64,000 bases of DNA from Octopus vulgaris (Eukaryota): assembly GCA_951406725.2 (NCBI GenBank), contig OX597837.1:24552001-24616000 (forward strand). The letters are read 5' to 3'. The notes beneath the pieces were generated by a model. It had not been told where the DNA came from and made no database searches. It saw only the letters and a list, made by a program, of their open reading frames with translations. How positions within the stretch are numbered: position 1 is the first letter of the stretch; each line of letters begins with the position of its first letter. The position numbers and the translations under genes were made by a program. Shown in pieces: positions 53,190-64,000 of the stretch.

Positions 53190-53540
53190 TAATGTGTTAG
53201 AACAATTGTCACCTACTACAAAGGCAAGGGAGTTGTAATAGGGACCAAAACAGCATTAGTAGAAGTACCAAAGGAAAATAATTTCAATTGGGTATCATAT
53301 TTGGTTTTGTATAAGGATGTGGGATCAACCAATGCCATATTCTTTGTGAGAGAGCTGCAGGAAAAGTATTTGGCAAAAAAATAAATAACTATACCTTGCC
53401 TTTGATGACCTAGTGAAGACCTTTGACAGGGTCCAACATGCTATGATCTGGTGGGTGATGAAAAAGTTAGGCATGGATAAGTGGTTGATAAGGGAAATCA
53501 AGTTCAAATATGAGGATGCGAAAAGTAGGAGGAGGTAAGC
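53190..53540 (+). mobile_element. RTE-like RT fragment
   Basis: STNAIFFVRELQEKYLAK..LYLAFDDLVKTFDRV. Confidence 0.7.
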
Positions 53541-53824
53541 TATGCATCTATGGAGGAACTTGAATGAGGTCATCAAAATGGTTTTCAACAATCCTTTCTT
53601 TAGCCTAACTCTTGAGGTTCTAACAACAAAAGTGTTCAGAGAAAAGCTACATAGAATTGTTATGAGGAAATAATGCACAGGAAATTTGAAAGGGCTGTAA
53701 GCATAAAGTAGTAAGCAAATTGTTTTAATATGCAGAAAGGAATGTATGTATGACTAAATCCAGCTATATATTTTACTCTCAAAAAATTTCCACCAAATAT
53801 GTATACCCTTCATATACATTTGTG

Positions 53825-53859
<35 letters not shown>

Positions 53860-54265
53860 TGGTGAATGAATGTGCTCGCAAATGAGTGAATAAAGGTACT
53901 TAGTACATAAAGTTTGTTTATTTTATAAATTATTTGAACAACCAGAAATGTGAAACTTGAAGCTACTATTATATATAAAAGCCAGAATTTCACATATTTA
54001 GACATGTAGAAAATGGTTTTATGATTTAAGTTGACACTAAAGTAGTGGAATTTTATCATAGCGGCTGTGAGAGTAAGATGCTGAACTGATTGATTGCAAT
54101 GTGTTTAGGCCAAATCCAATATACTGTACAAGACACACTTTACTTACTATCTGACATTAAAAAAGAAAAAAATCACTATGACTTTCTAGTCAAAAGATTA
54201 GCCCAGCAGTCCATAATTAATGTATATTGAAATGTCTTATACATAACAGACTGAATGATATTGGT

Positions 54266-54472
54266 TTAACCCTTTAGCATTTAAAAAACTGGCCATATCT
54301 GACCCAAACATTCTACCTGTTTTATGTTCAAACTGGTCAGATTTGGCTTCTCACACCTACCCTACAATATCATTTTAAAAAATAAACAATCATACCACTG
54401 AAATAATGCATGATTCAAAACGATGTAAATAATATTACATTTGACAGATTAATCAGAATGCTAAAGAGTTAA
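54266..54472. mobile_element. piggyBac-type MITE (second family)
   Basis: TTAA|CCCTTTAGCATT...AATGCTAAAGAG|TTAA. Confidence 0.8.
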
Positions 54473-55817
54473 ACCTAAAAATATGCAAAAAAAAAAAAAA
54501 AAAAAAAGAACACCTTAAGTGCACAACACAGGAGTAGAATAAATTGTCATCAAATATTGAGACTATGTAATGTGATGATGGTGCCTTATTTAAAACAGTT
54601 GACAAGTAACAAGAGCAATTTGCAAGGGAGACAGTAACAGTGCAGTTGAGTAAAACACTGAGGCCAAACAGATTGCCAATGGAGGAGAACAAAAACATGT
54701 CCCAGTAAGAAGAGAAGTGGTATGTGAGACATGTATAGAGTAACAAAGCAATAAATTAACAGACAAAATAATGAAAGACATAAAATAGACAAAATAAAAA
54801 AAAAGTGGTGTCAGCATAGAAAAGTAGAGTCTTTTACGTTGTTTAATAGCTCCAGTCAGCTTTGTTTAAGCAGACTTATGGCACACAGGGAGACATGTTG
54901 AAAAGTAATTAATAGAAAGTGTATTTCAGTAAGAGTGTCTTCAGTATGGCAGTACACGTTGCTATACAGCAATTAGCAGTGTGAGGTAGAATGTGTGGGA
55001 GTGAAAGAATGACACATGTAATGCTGGGTGGAGGTCAAGGAGTGTTATATGTGAGGTACAGTGTCGAAGTAAAGGTGTTATGTTAGGCACAATGTAGCAA
55101 GAAACTTCAAGGGTCTGTAATTAATTCTGATGTGAGGTAAACCAGATGATAAACAGGTCAAGGGAGACAAATAATGGAGAAAAGTAAGATAAAATTAACA
55201 AGAGAAATGTCTAAAGATAGAAATTACACTTTTGCAGACAAACCCATATAAAGTCAGCATGGAAAGGATTGAGATTTTGATTATGGAAGTTGTTAAAGAT
55301 GGAAGTAATAATAGCAACACTGCATTTCTATCTATTATTATTTCAGGAACTTACAGATGGAAATAGGTAGATTGTGTGGGATGTACATTGATGACTATGT
55401 AAAAAAGATGAACATGTCAGTCTAATGGAAAAATATTCATTGGTTTGGATTAATGGATTATCTGAAGAATTTACTTCAATATATCAGACAGAAGTTTTCA
55501 TGTATTAATTACAATAGAAATAAAATAAACATGTATTCAGAGAACTATTATATAAATATGCTATATGGCCATATATCTGATGAAATCCACTGTCTGCATG
55601 TTTCAATTTAATTTGAAAATTTGGAGAAACTTTGTAAAATAACTCTTTAAGGTGATGTTTGAACATCATAATGTTCTTACATACAAATAAATTAAGTTAG
55701 AAAGTGCTAAATTAAGTATGAACACTATAAAACAGGCAGTTTTGTTTCATAGAATTTAAGGACAGTCTCAGGTAGACTAGTTAGAAAATGGTTAAGCATC
55801 AAGTGTGAGTGTGTTAT

Positions 55818-56182
55818 CTTGTTTCAGACATTTGACTGTGGTCTTGCTGGGGCACCACCTTGAAGGGTTTTAGACAAACAATTTGGCCCCAGGACTTTTT
55901 TTTTTTAGCCAAGTACTTTACCAGTCCCTTTTGCCAAACTGGTAAGTTACAGGGATGTAAACACACCAACACCAGTTGTCAAGCAATGGTACTGGACAAA
56001 CACAGACACACACAAACATAGATATATATGATGACCTTCTTTCAGTTTCCATCCACCAAATCCACGTACAAGGCTTTGGTCGGCCTGAGGCTATAGAAAA
56101 CACTTGCCCATGGTGCCAGGCAGTAGAACTGAACCCAAAACCATTTGGTTGGGAAACAAGCATCATATCACAGAGCCACACA
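55818..56182 (-). mobile_element. Degenerate 46039-family SINE
   Basis: Collinear similarity with 46039-46452. Confidence 0.8.
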
Positions 56183-56768
56183 TACTTGACATATACATTA
56201 TGAGTATTTGCCGGTAGGTTGCAAACTGGTGTGGTGACTACTCTAAAAGAGTACTGGGTGTATTCTCCACCATACCAAATTGCAGCCTACAGGCAAATAC
56301 ATAATGTACATATGCTACATATATGTGGTTGATAATGTTTATTAAACTAGCACTGCTTCTATTTCACATTTGAATATATATGGATAGTCTTCATTTTCTA
56401 GCATGTATCAATTTTAAATCAAATTTTAAATATTTGCACAAAATTATATTCTGCATTTTATAGAGCTTTGTATGCCAAAAATTTTTCAAATTATAAAAAT
56501 TCTGAAACTGAACTCCAATAAGTTCAAGTTAAAGAAACATGATGATATTCTGTGTTAATGGGCAGTCCCAATTGATTAATCTTTGAACTAAGTTTTGAAT
56601 TTAAAACTTTAACCATAGTAAAAACAGTAATATATACAAAATTCAATCAAAAATATTAATTAATGAAGACATTAGCATACAGGCTGTAAATTTAATAGAA
56701 CAAAAATGGTCACTGTATTCAGCTATGAATAATTATGTTCAAGGAAAAAAGGAAAAAAGATATATTAC

Positions 56769-56887
56769 CTTCTATTCTTATTCAATGTGTTGTCAGGAGT
56801 ATTAGTGCAACTTTCTCTGTCTCCCCCTTGTTGCCGATGTGATCGTCTGCGAGACCCCCCAAGATAACTTTCAGATTGGTCGGCCAT
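56769..56887 (-). CDS. TRIP12: TRIP12 first coding exon (MADQSESYLGGSRRRSHRQQGG...); exon incl. UTR 56769-56928
   Basis: Acceptor ttttacag at 56929, in-frame stops upstream of the ATG, donor AG|GTAATA. Phase 2 matches the next exon. GGSRRRSHR resembles the human N-terminal GGSLRRSQR (recalled). Confidence 0.85.
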
Positions 56888-56912
56888 AGGCAGACAACCG
56901 GTTTAGGTTCAT
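56871..56912 (-). promoter_or_regulatory. Out-of-frame uORF (MNLNRLSAYGRPI*) overlapping the TRIP12 start codon
   Basis: ATG at 56912 (GGGATGA), 25 nt upstream of the main ATG; TGA at 56873-56871 inside the CDS. Confidence 0.55.
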
Positions 56913-58049
56913 CCCCTAATTTAAATACCTGTAAAATAAGTAAATATATTCATATAAAACTTAACTGACATGGAAGAAAAAAAAAGAGAAAAAAAAGCAA
57001 AGGTCAAATATACAAAACATTCAATTTATGAAGTTCCCATCCTCCCTTCCATTTCACCCAATTACACGACATGGAGCTTATCCACTTTCTGACATGTGCA
57101 AGCATCAGTTACAGATCTACTACTCCTCACTACTACTACATGCCCACCACTACTAGGTCATGACTGGGTTTATTTACAACCAAATAAAACCATTTTAGAG
57201 ACAGGTCCTTACATTTCCATGGCAGTTACTTAGCTTCCAAATCAAATGTGCCCCCTTTTCAAAACCCACAGGATTGTTCAACCTGTTAGAAATAGCAGCT
57301 AAATTTTCCCAAATCACACCATTCAGTCTTAAAGAAGACATTAGATGATGTCCAAGACATCCTTAAAAACATGGGATGATCATAGCTGGAATGCCTTTCA
57401 AAGTTGACATGAGCTAAACATCACCACCACCAATTATATATATATATATACATATATACATATATATAAGCCTCAATTAAAAATACAATCTGAAGTCTGT
57501 ATGAAATCAAAATCTTTATATTCCTTTCACCGAAACCTAAAAGAACTTTCAATGCCCCTTTTATCAACCACTACTCCCAGCCCCCAATTTCAATGCAGAA
57601 GCACTTATTTAATCCTTCAACAGAGTACAAACAAATCCAGAAGTCACTTCACAGGGTACCTACATCCTAAATTTCTAAGACATTAAACATTCATTATAGT
57701 GATGATAAAGATTGTCAACAAGACAATATGGTCGAGCACTGGTAACAGCAGAGACCCTATTAACTAAGTCTGCTGCAATAACAGCATTTTAATAAAACAA
57801 TACCCTTTAGAAAACAAGGTAAGAATTAAAATATTCATTTTTAGTCCAATTATTAACTATGCTTCTGTCATAAAAAATGAAAAGACCATGAGACAGTGCA
57901 ATTTCAATAACAATTAAGGATTCCACATTTTTAACTATCATAAAGGAAAAACCATTGGTTACTGTAGTCTTAGATATAGGGTGTTCAATTTGTCTTTTTT
58001 TTTTTTTTTCAGAACCAGTTTGATGTGTTGAACAGTCAATGGTATTGGA

Positions 58050-58281
58050 GGCTGCGAGCTGGCAGAAACGTTAGCACGCCGGGCGAAATGCTTAGCGGTA
58101 TTTTGTCTGCCGTTACGTTCTGAGTTCAAATTCCGCCGAGGTCGACTTTGCCTTTCATCCTTCTGGGGTCGATAAATTAAGTACCAGTTACGCACTGGGT
58201 CGATGTAATCGACTTAATCCGTTTGTCTGTCCTTGTTTGTCCTCTCTGTGTTTAGCCCCTTGTGGGTAGTAAAGAAATAGG
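58050..58281 (+). mobile_element. Young tRNA-derived SINE with gtcgactttgcctttcatcctt..ggggtcgataaattaagtaccag core
   Basis: A box tggcagaaacg, B box gagttcaaatt; several copies in the window. Core resembles the Meta/MESC SINE domain (recalled, unverified). Confidence 0.88.
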
Positions 58282-58289
58282 TAATGGAG

Positions 58290-59290
58290 AGTATAAAGAT
58301 TGTAGTTGAGAAAAAAGTTGGCAGACTGGAAACCATCTGAATACCGGAAAAGAGTTGCCTGTATCATGACGATTTGTGCCTGGTATTGAAATGCTGACAT
58401 CATTACTACTCACTGCCCTCTGAACACTGTAAAGGCTGTAAGATGTAACATGGGTGTCATGAAAACCAAGTTCTCGCAAACTGTGATGGTGTTTGTGTGC
58501 ATCTCCAGCAACAGTAATGCCATGCTGCCCCGCATCTTTGAACAGGGTCTTGGGCTCAGTTTAGATGACTATGTGAGGCTATTAGAAACCGCAGTCAAAC
58601 CCTGGCTGGAAAGAGTTTCTGCTGGAAAGCCATATATGTAGCAGCAGAATTCAACTCCTTGCCATACCTCCAGAAAGAGTCAAATTGTTGTCAGAGACTT
58701 TCTACAGCTTCACCAGCCCTAATTTCCAGCTTCCGGATTCTTCCAATAGTAATTCCATGGATTACAATGCAGGGTGTGGTCGCGAAAGATACCAACCGCT
58801 CTGCCTGCAATACCAAGGCTGATCTGGTGGCCAAGACCAAGGAGGTGCTTGATCTTCCCAGGGACATAATGAGGACTGCATGTGACAGATTCCAGGGCTA
58901 TCTTGAAGCCATGGTGGAAGCTGAGGGCTTCTACTTTGAGTAAACATCTCTCTCAGCCATAATCTAATTGATATCTGAGTTTTTTAAAAGTACTTTTATT
59001 TTTGGATGGGATATTGTTTTCTTTTCAATTTAACCCTTTTGTTACCATATTTCCGTCGAGATGCTCTGTGTTTCTTTCAACTATTTTAAATATAACAATG
59101 AATTTAGAAAAATAACTTAGTTAAAATTCAGCTAGTGTTAGGAACATAAATCGTGACTAAGGTTTGGTGGAAGATTTTAATTCAAAACTTATGAAAACAA
59201 GACATTTGTACCCAGAACCAGAGCCGGTTTCAGCCGGGTTGGTAACGAAAGGGTTAAGCAAACTTTCAAATTTGGCCCAAACAGCCTGTA
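58290..59290 (+). mobile_element. Degenerate Tc1/mariner DD37D (maT-like) transposase remnant
   Basis: KTKFSQTVMVF..ISS...LETAVKPWL...QQNSTPCHTS...PDSSNSNSMDY; ~37 residues between Asp positions after frameshift correction; ends approximate. Confidence 0.75.
59030..59257. mobile_element. piggyBac-type MITE nested in the maT remnant
   Basis: TTAA|CCCTTTTGTTACC...GGTAACGAAAGGG|TTAA. Confidence 0.88.
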
Positions 59291-59965
59291 TATGGAGAAG
59301 GAGGCTGTAAAGGCTGCAACATACAGGAGATCATTGTTTTTGAGAGACAGAGTTCACTAGAAAAGATATCAGCAAAATTTTATAGATTTTGTCCCAATTA
59401 TGAAACATTTCCAACAAACAGAATTTAAAAAACAATTTCTTGATTTCTCCAAGAACAGAAATCTCTCATTACCACAGCACATATGGATTATAATACAGTT
59501 AGCAGCATTTCCCAATCTCACTACTCTCTCTCTGTTTTTTCCTCCGTTGAATACTGAGTACAACTGTTTAACTGTCCATGGATTCATTTGAGGCAGTATT
59601 TTTACAGTCAGGTGCACTTCCCTATCACTTTCCTATTTTTACAAGGGGGGTGGTTATTTCACTACTGGGAGAGAGTGCAAAACTACAGATGTAATGTTTA
59701 CCAGGAATGTGACCAATATTTTTACATTCAAACAATCCCCACGTGCAGCACAGTGAAAACGACAGCTTCATCACACATATACAATGATGGGCTTCTATGT
59801 AATTTTAGTCAACCAATTTCTCTTACAGGCCAAGGCAACCGTAAAAGACACTTGCCCAATGAGCCACTCACTGGAACTGAACCTAAGACTACATGGTTGC
59901 AAAGTGAATTTCTTAACCATCACTACATATAGGTTATATCTTTCTTTTCTTTTACTTTTTTTTCT

Positions 59966-60171
59966 CTCCTTTTACTTGTTTCAGTCATTTGACTGCGGCC
60001 ATGCTGGAGCACTGCCTTTAGTCAAGCAAATTGACCCCGGGACTTATTCTTTTTGTAAACCCAGTACTTATTCTATCGGTGTCTTTTGCCGAACCGCTAA
60101 GTGACGGGGACATAAACACACCAGCATCGGTTGTCAAGCAATGCTAGGGGAACAAACACAGACACACAAAT

Positions 60172-60214
<43 letters not shown>

Positions 60215-60376
60215 TACGATGGGCTTCTTTCAGTTTCCGTCTACCAAATCCACTCACAAGGCTTTAGTCGGCCCGAGGCTATAGTAGAAGACACTTGCCC
60301 AAGGTGCCACGCAGTGGGACTGAACCCGGAACCATGTGGTTGGTAAACAAGCTACTTACCACACAGCCACTCCTGC
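59966..60376 (-). mobile_element. Young full-length 46039-family SINE
   Basis: Near-identical to 46039-46452. Confidence 0.9.
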
Positions 60377-60426
60377 CAGCTGTTTTAGAAAAAAATACCT
60401 TAAACAAACGTAAAAGTTTATTAATT

Positions 60427-60460
<34 letters not shown>

Positions 60461-60727
60461 ATGTGTGCACACATGCATGGCCCATCCTACTACTACTCTT
60501 TCTGAGAAATGCATATTGTTTTTATGGACTTTTAGAAATACATTTTCAAGCACATAGATTACAATAATGTTGATAAAATTTTAAAAATGGGTGTGGAGGG
60601 GTAGAGTTTTAGCTTATCCTTCCCCATTCCTGACTTTGTTTTCTCATAAATCTGTCTAAAATATTTCATCCACTAAATAAGTTTTGCGTTTAAAAAAAAA
60701 TTTATCAATATAATGATCATACATATG

Positions 60728-60862
60728 TAGCGGTTCGGCAAAAGAGACCAATAGAATAAGTACTGGGCTTACAAAAGAATAAGTCCCGGGGTCAAGTTGC
60801 TCGACTAAAGGCGGTGCTCCAGCATGGCCGCAGTCAAATGACTGAAACAAGTAAAAAGAGTA
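60728..60862 (+). mobile_element. 5'-truncated 46039-family SINE in the opposite orientation
   Basis: Reverse complement of ~59968-60099. Confidence 0.88.
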
Positions 60863-61282
60863 TACAAACAATGACAAATTCACTTGGGTTCTATTCATAT
60901 TAATTCTTTTTAATGTAATTATTTGTAATAACTGCTTGTAATATGGGTATTTTAAAAATAGCTAATTGAGTGACAACTGTGCTCTGCATAGTTACAGGTT
61001 GCCCTCTGGCAAGGCACATCACCCATTCAGCCACCATGCCAAGTAATAGGCAAAGTCACAGGATTGCAGCAAGGCAAATTGTAAAGAGGTAGCAGAAGAG
61101 CTCAACCATGCCAATGGTGCTTCATACATTGATGCTGAGCAAAGGAATCCTAGATCAACAGTCAGGATTACCAAGTTCCTATCAAGAGAGTAACTGCAAT
61201 GCATCCATATGTGTGATGTCCAAGGTTGTGTAATCAGCTAATGAAAGATTCACTATGACTCAAACTACCAATTCTTCAAATT

Positions 61283-61546
61283 CATAATTCTGGCACCTGT
61301 GTCGGTGGCACATAAAAAACACCATCCGAGCGTGGCCATTCGCCAGCCTCGTCTGGCACCTGTGTCGGTGGCACATAAAAAGCACCCACTACACTCACGG
61401 AGTGGTTGGCGTTAGGAAGGGCATCCAGCTGTAGAAACACTGCCAGATCTGACAGGCCTGGTGCAGCCTTCGGGCTTCCCAGACCCCAGTTGAACCGTCC
61501 AACCCATGCTAGCATGGAAAACGGACGTTAAACGATGATGATGATG
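61283..61546 (+). mobile_element. Young GAT-tailed repeat with internal 63-bp-period duplication
   Basis: tctggcacctgtgtcggtggcacataaaaa occurs twice; (gat)n tail. Confidence 0.88.
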
Positions 61547-62642
61547 AAACTGGATGGCGACAGAGTCATGGGAATCTGTGAAAGCAGGGGAAAAAAGAAA
61601 AGTTTGTAATAGACCACCTTCAAAGGGATGGAATTTTAAGGAAAGACCTTAAATTTAAAGTTGAGACAATTATGGAGATCTAATTCTTTATAAAAAGATC
61701 ATGTGGTAAAATGGTGTTAATCCAAAAGACATGACGTTCACTAAGAACAGCACTATAAATATCTTATAAGCAATCAACATACTTTTTAAAACGAACTCAT
61801 TTTCACACAAGTCAACGAAAAAAAATTATGTTAAACCTCCTAAAAATTTGTTTCTATCTATACTAATAATTAGTCTAAAAAAATGTAAACAAAGAATAAA
61901 TAAGTCTTCAAAATGTATTTTTTAAGTAGTATTATCAAGAATTTCCTAAACAAAAGCTATTGCAATAAAAAAAATACCAGGCTTAAAAAATGTGACATTG
62001 ACACCTCAGTAATTTGAAGAAAGAAAGGAAACTGCCAGTACTGTAGACTAGATGAACAATATAACTTGAAAACTAAACTAAGGTGAGGTCACTACAAAAG
62101 ATATTCAAACAAATGCCACCATATCAGGGGTATTGTTAATCCAATGCAATAAGGTTCAGAAGGTTTGAAATAAAATAACATCTCAACATCAACATAATTG
62201 AAAGGCATTCTGTGGAATGTGTAAAGAAAAGACTGAATGAATAGCTAAATAATGAAAATCAATGAAACAAAACCTATCCTGCAATGTCAACTAATAGGTA
62301 TATCATGTAGTGAAAATTGAAAGTGTGTGAGTAATAGTAATAATAAAAAAAAAAACAAGGAACAAACTATCCACTAAAACATAGGATAGGTTTTGCTTAG
62401 CTTACAGTACTTGCTATGAGAGTTACCAGAGCTTATCAATACATATTTTCAACTTGTAACCCTATTCCATCAACTATTAACAGAACATGTTCTTATAACT
62501 GTGAAGCTATAATACTAACATGAAATCGTACCTTAGCCCCTCCCTCAAAATTGCTGGCCTTGAGCCAAAATTTAAAACTGACATCCTTATTTTCAAAATG
62601 TGTCAAGAGTTCAGAATAAAAAAAAATAGTACTTAACACCAA

Positions 62643-63037
62643 TCTCTCTATGTATATAAAGATGAAGTTGTCTGTGTATGGCAGGTTTGGTAGCCTTCAA
62701 CTAACACTATCTCCTCCGAGTCTCTGCGGCACAAGTTGACCAAAATTGAGAGTATGATAGAAGAAGGCTTGCTCTTCCTTCCGTAGAAGAAAAAATTCAA
62801 ATTGGACCATGTTAACACCGAAAATTATTTACATCAAAAAGGTGCTTTTTTTTCTATGAAAATCCCTATTTTTTACGATTTTTGGACTGCTGTGACGCCA
62901 TTTTACGGTGTATTTCAACCAGAAAAATATTCACTTAAAGAGAATAACAAGCAACATAATGCAAAATTTTTACTTTTCAAAAATTCCAATTCTAAAGGGT
63001 CAAAACAAACCTGAGCAACGCCGGGCGATACTGCTAG
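62643..63037 (+). mobile_element. Non-autonomous Helitron
   Basis: A|TCTCTCTATGTATATAAA 5' end; cctgagcaacgccggg imperfect hairpin then CTAG|T 3' end. Confidence 0.85.
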
Positions 63038-63229
63038 TGACAGAATAAAATCCTATCAACTTAAGACAACTGCCACTTTTAATAAATACATTGATTTAGT
63101 AAAACAATATTCATTACAAAATTAATGAAAAATTAGAATTGTAATTTTTATTCAATAATTTACTATATTTGTGTAACATAAGAGCAGCGAAATTCTGTGA
63201 ATAAAAAAGTGGGGGAGGAGACAGATGGG

Positions 63230-63800
63230 ACATGGTGAGCTTTCATTTCTGCTAGAGAATTACAGCATCAATATTCCAATGGGAACACTATGTCACTAAC
63301 AAACTCCTGGAAAGACCCAACAATGAAAGCATCGAATCACTGATCATGAAACACAGTTTTCAATAGTGAGGACATGTAACAAGAATGGAAGAGTCAAGGT
63401 TCCCACACAAAGTCTTATTCAGTGAGAACACTTCAGGGAAAAAACCACAAGGTTTCCCTCTTCGAAGATACAAGGACCAACTCAAAACAACACTGAAAGT
63501 CACTGGACTTCAGCATAAATTGTTTGAACACAAGCCTGAGACCATACCAAGTAACAATGTTCCACCACCATCAGAAGCAAAAACTTCAAAACCACCTGAA
63601 GAGAAAAGGAAAAAAAAAAAAAATCAAATGACAGGAGTCAAAGGCTCAACAAAAAAATCAACTTTATTCTCCACCAACATTTCCTTGCAGACAATGCCAT
63701 CAACTCCTCTATGCAAGAATTGGTCTACTTAGTCATCAATTCCATTACCATAACAGAAGCGTTCAGCAAAGAAGAAGCTAAATTCTCGGATAAAAGATAA
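63230..63800 (+). mobile_element. RTE-clade LINE 3' fragment
   Basis: *GHVTRMEESRFPHKVLFSE...GKKPQGFPLRRYKDQLK and terminal RIGLLSH motif remnant. Confidence 0.8.
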
Positions 63801-64000
63801 AGCCGCAGCCACCAACAGCTCTATGAATTAAAGAAGTCACTTCTTTCATAAACGAAAAATTGTACAATTACCAATAGGCTTCAGTGTTCCTTTAATAAGA
63901 CAATCTAAGGATCATTGTATCTTGGAAGTATATAACATGGTATTTCACTTTCTGTATTCAAAAATACACATTAACTTAGAACTACTAAGTCTGTTGGTTC

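Larger units (their letters stand above)
721..56928 (-). other. TRIP12: TRIP12 gene span (partial: 21 coding exons; 3' HECT-encoding half runs off the window start)
   Basis: Spliced translation gives TRIP12/Ufd4 motifs in the expected order: [84 protein letters not shown]. All introns are GT-AG and phases chain without a stop (1127 codons). Confidence 0.97.

Noticed and set aside
56929-64000. Promoter or first exon of TRIP12
   Set aside because: No CpG/GC-rich island or convincing exon visible; the region is repeat-filled intron-like sequence, so the TSS is probably outside the window.
1-64000. Novel multi-gene or prokaryote-type system (defence island, retron, etc.)
   Set aside because: One spliced eukaryotic gene plus decayed transposable elements explains all coding signal; no intact RT, nuclease or operon-like arrangement is visible.

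Overview
AT-rich eukaryotic genomic DNA, most likely a coleoid cephalopod (Octopus-like), inferred from its SINE families and microsatellites. The window is almost entirely the 5' half of one minus-strand gene, the HECT E3 ubiquitin ligase TRIP12 (Ufd4/ctrip orthologue). I traced 21 coding exons by hand from the ATG at 56887 down to 721. All introns are GT-AG with consistent phases, giving 3381 nt or 1127 codons: N-terminal disordered region, ARM repeats and WWE domain. The HECT half lies beyond position 1, and a non-coding first exon probably lies beyond 64000. Introns are filled with tRNA-derived SINEs, RTE and R4/Dong LINE debris, mariner/maT/rosa remnants, piggyBac- and hAT-type MITEs and two Helitrons. 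Most ORFs in the supplied track are spurious. I see no new multi-gene system. The best leads are regulatory: a 66-nt in-frame cassette exon, a candidate poison exon, a uORF overlapping the start codon, a palindromic DD41D element and a SINE flanked by a 54-bp duplication. Comparisons with human TRIP12 and with repeat families are from memory, not database searches.
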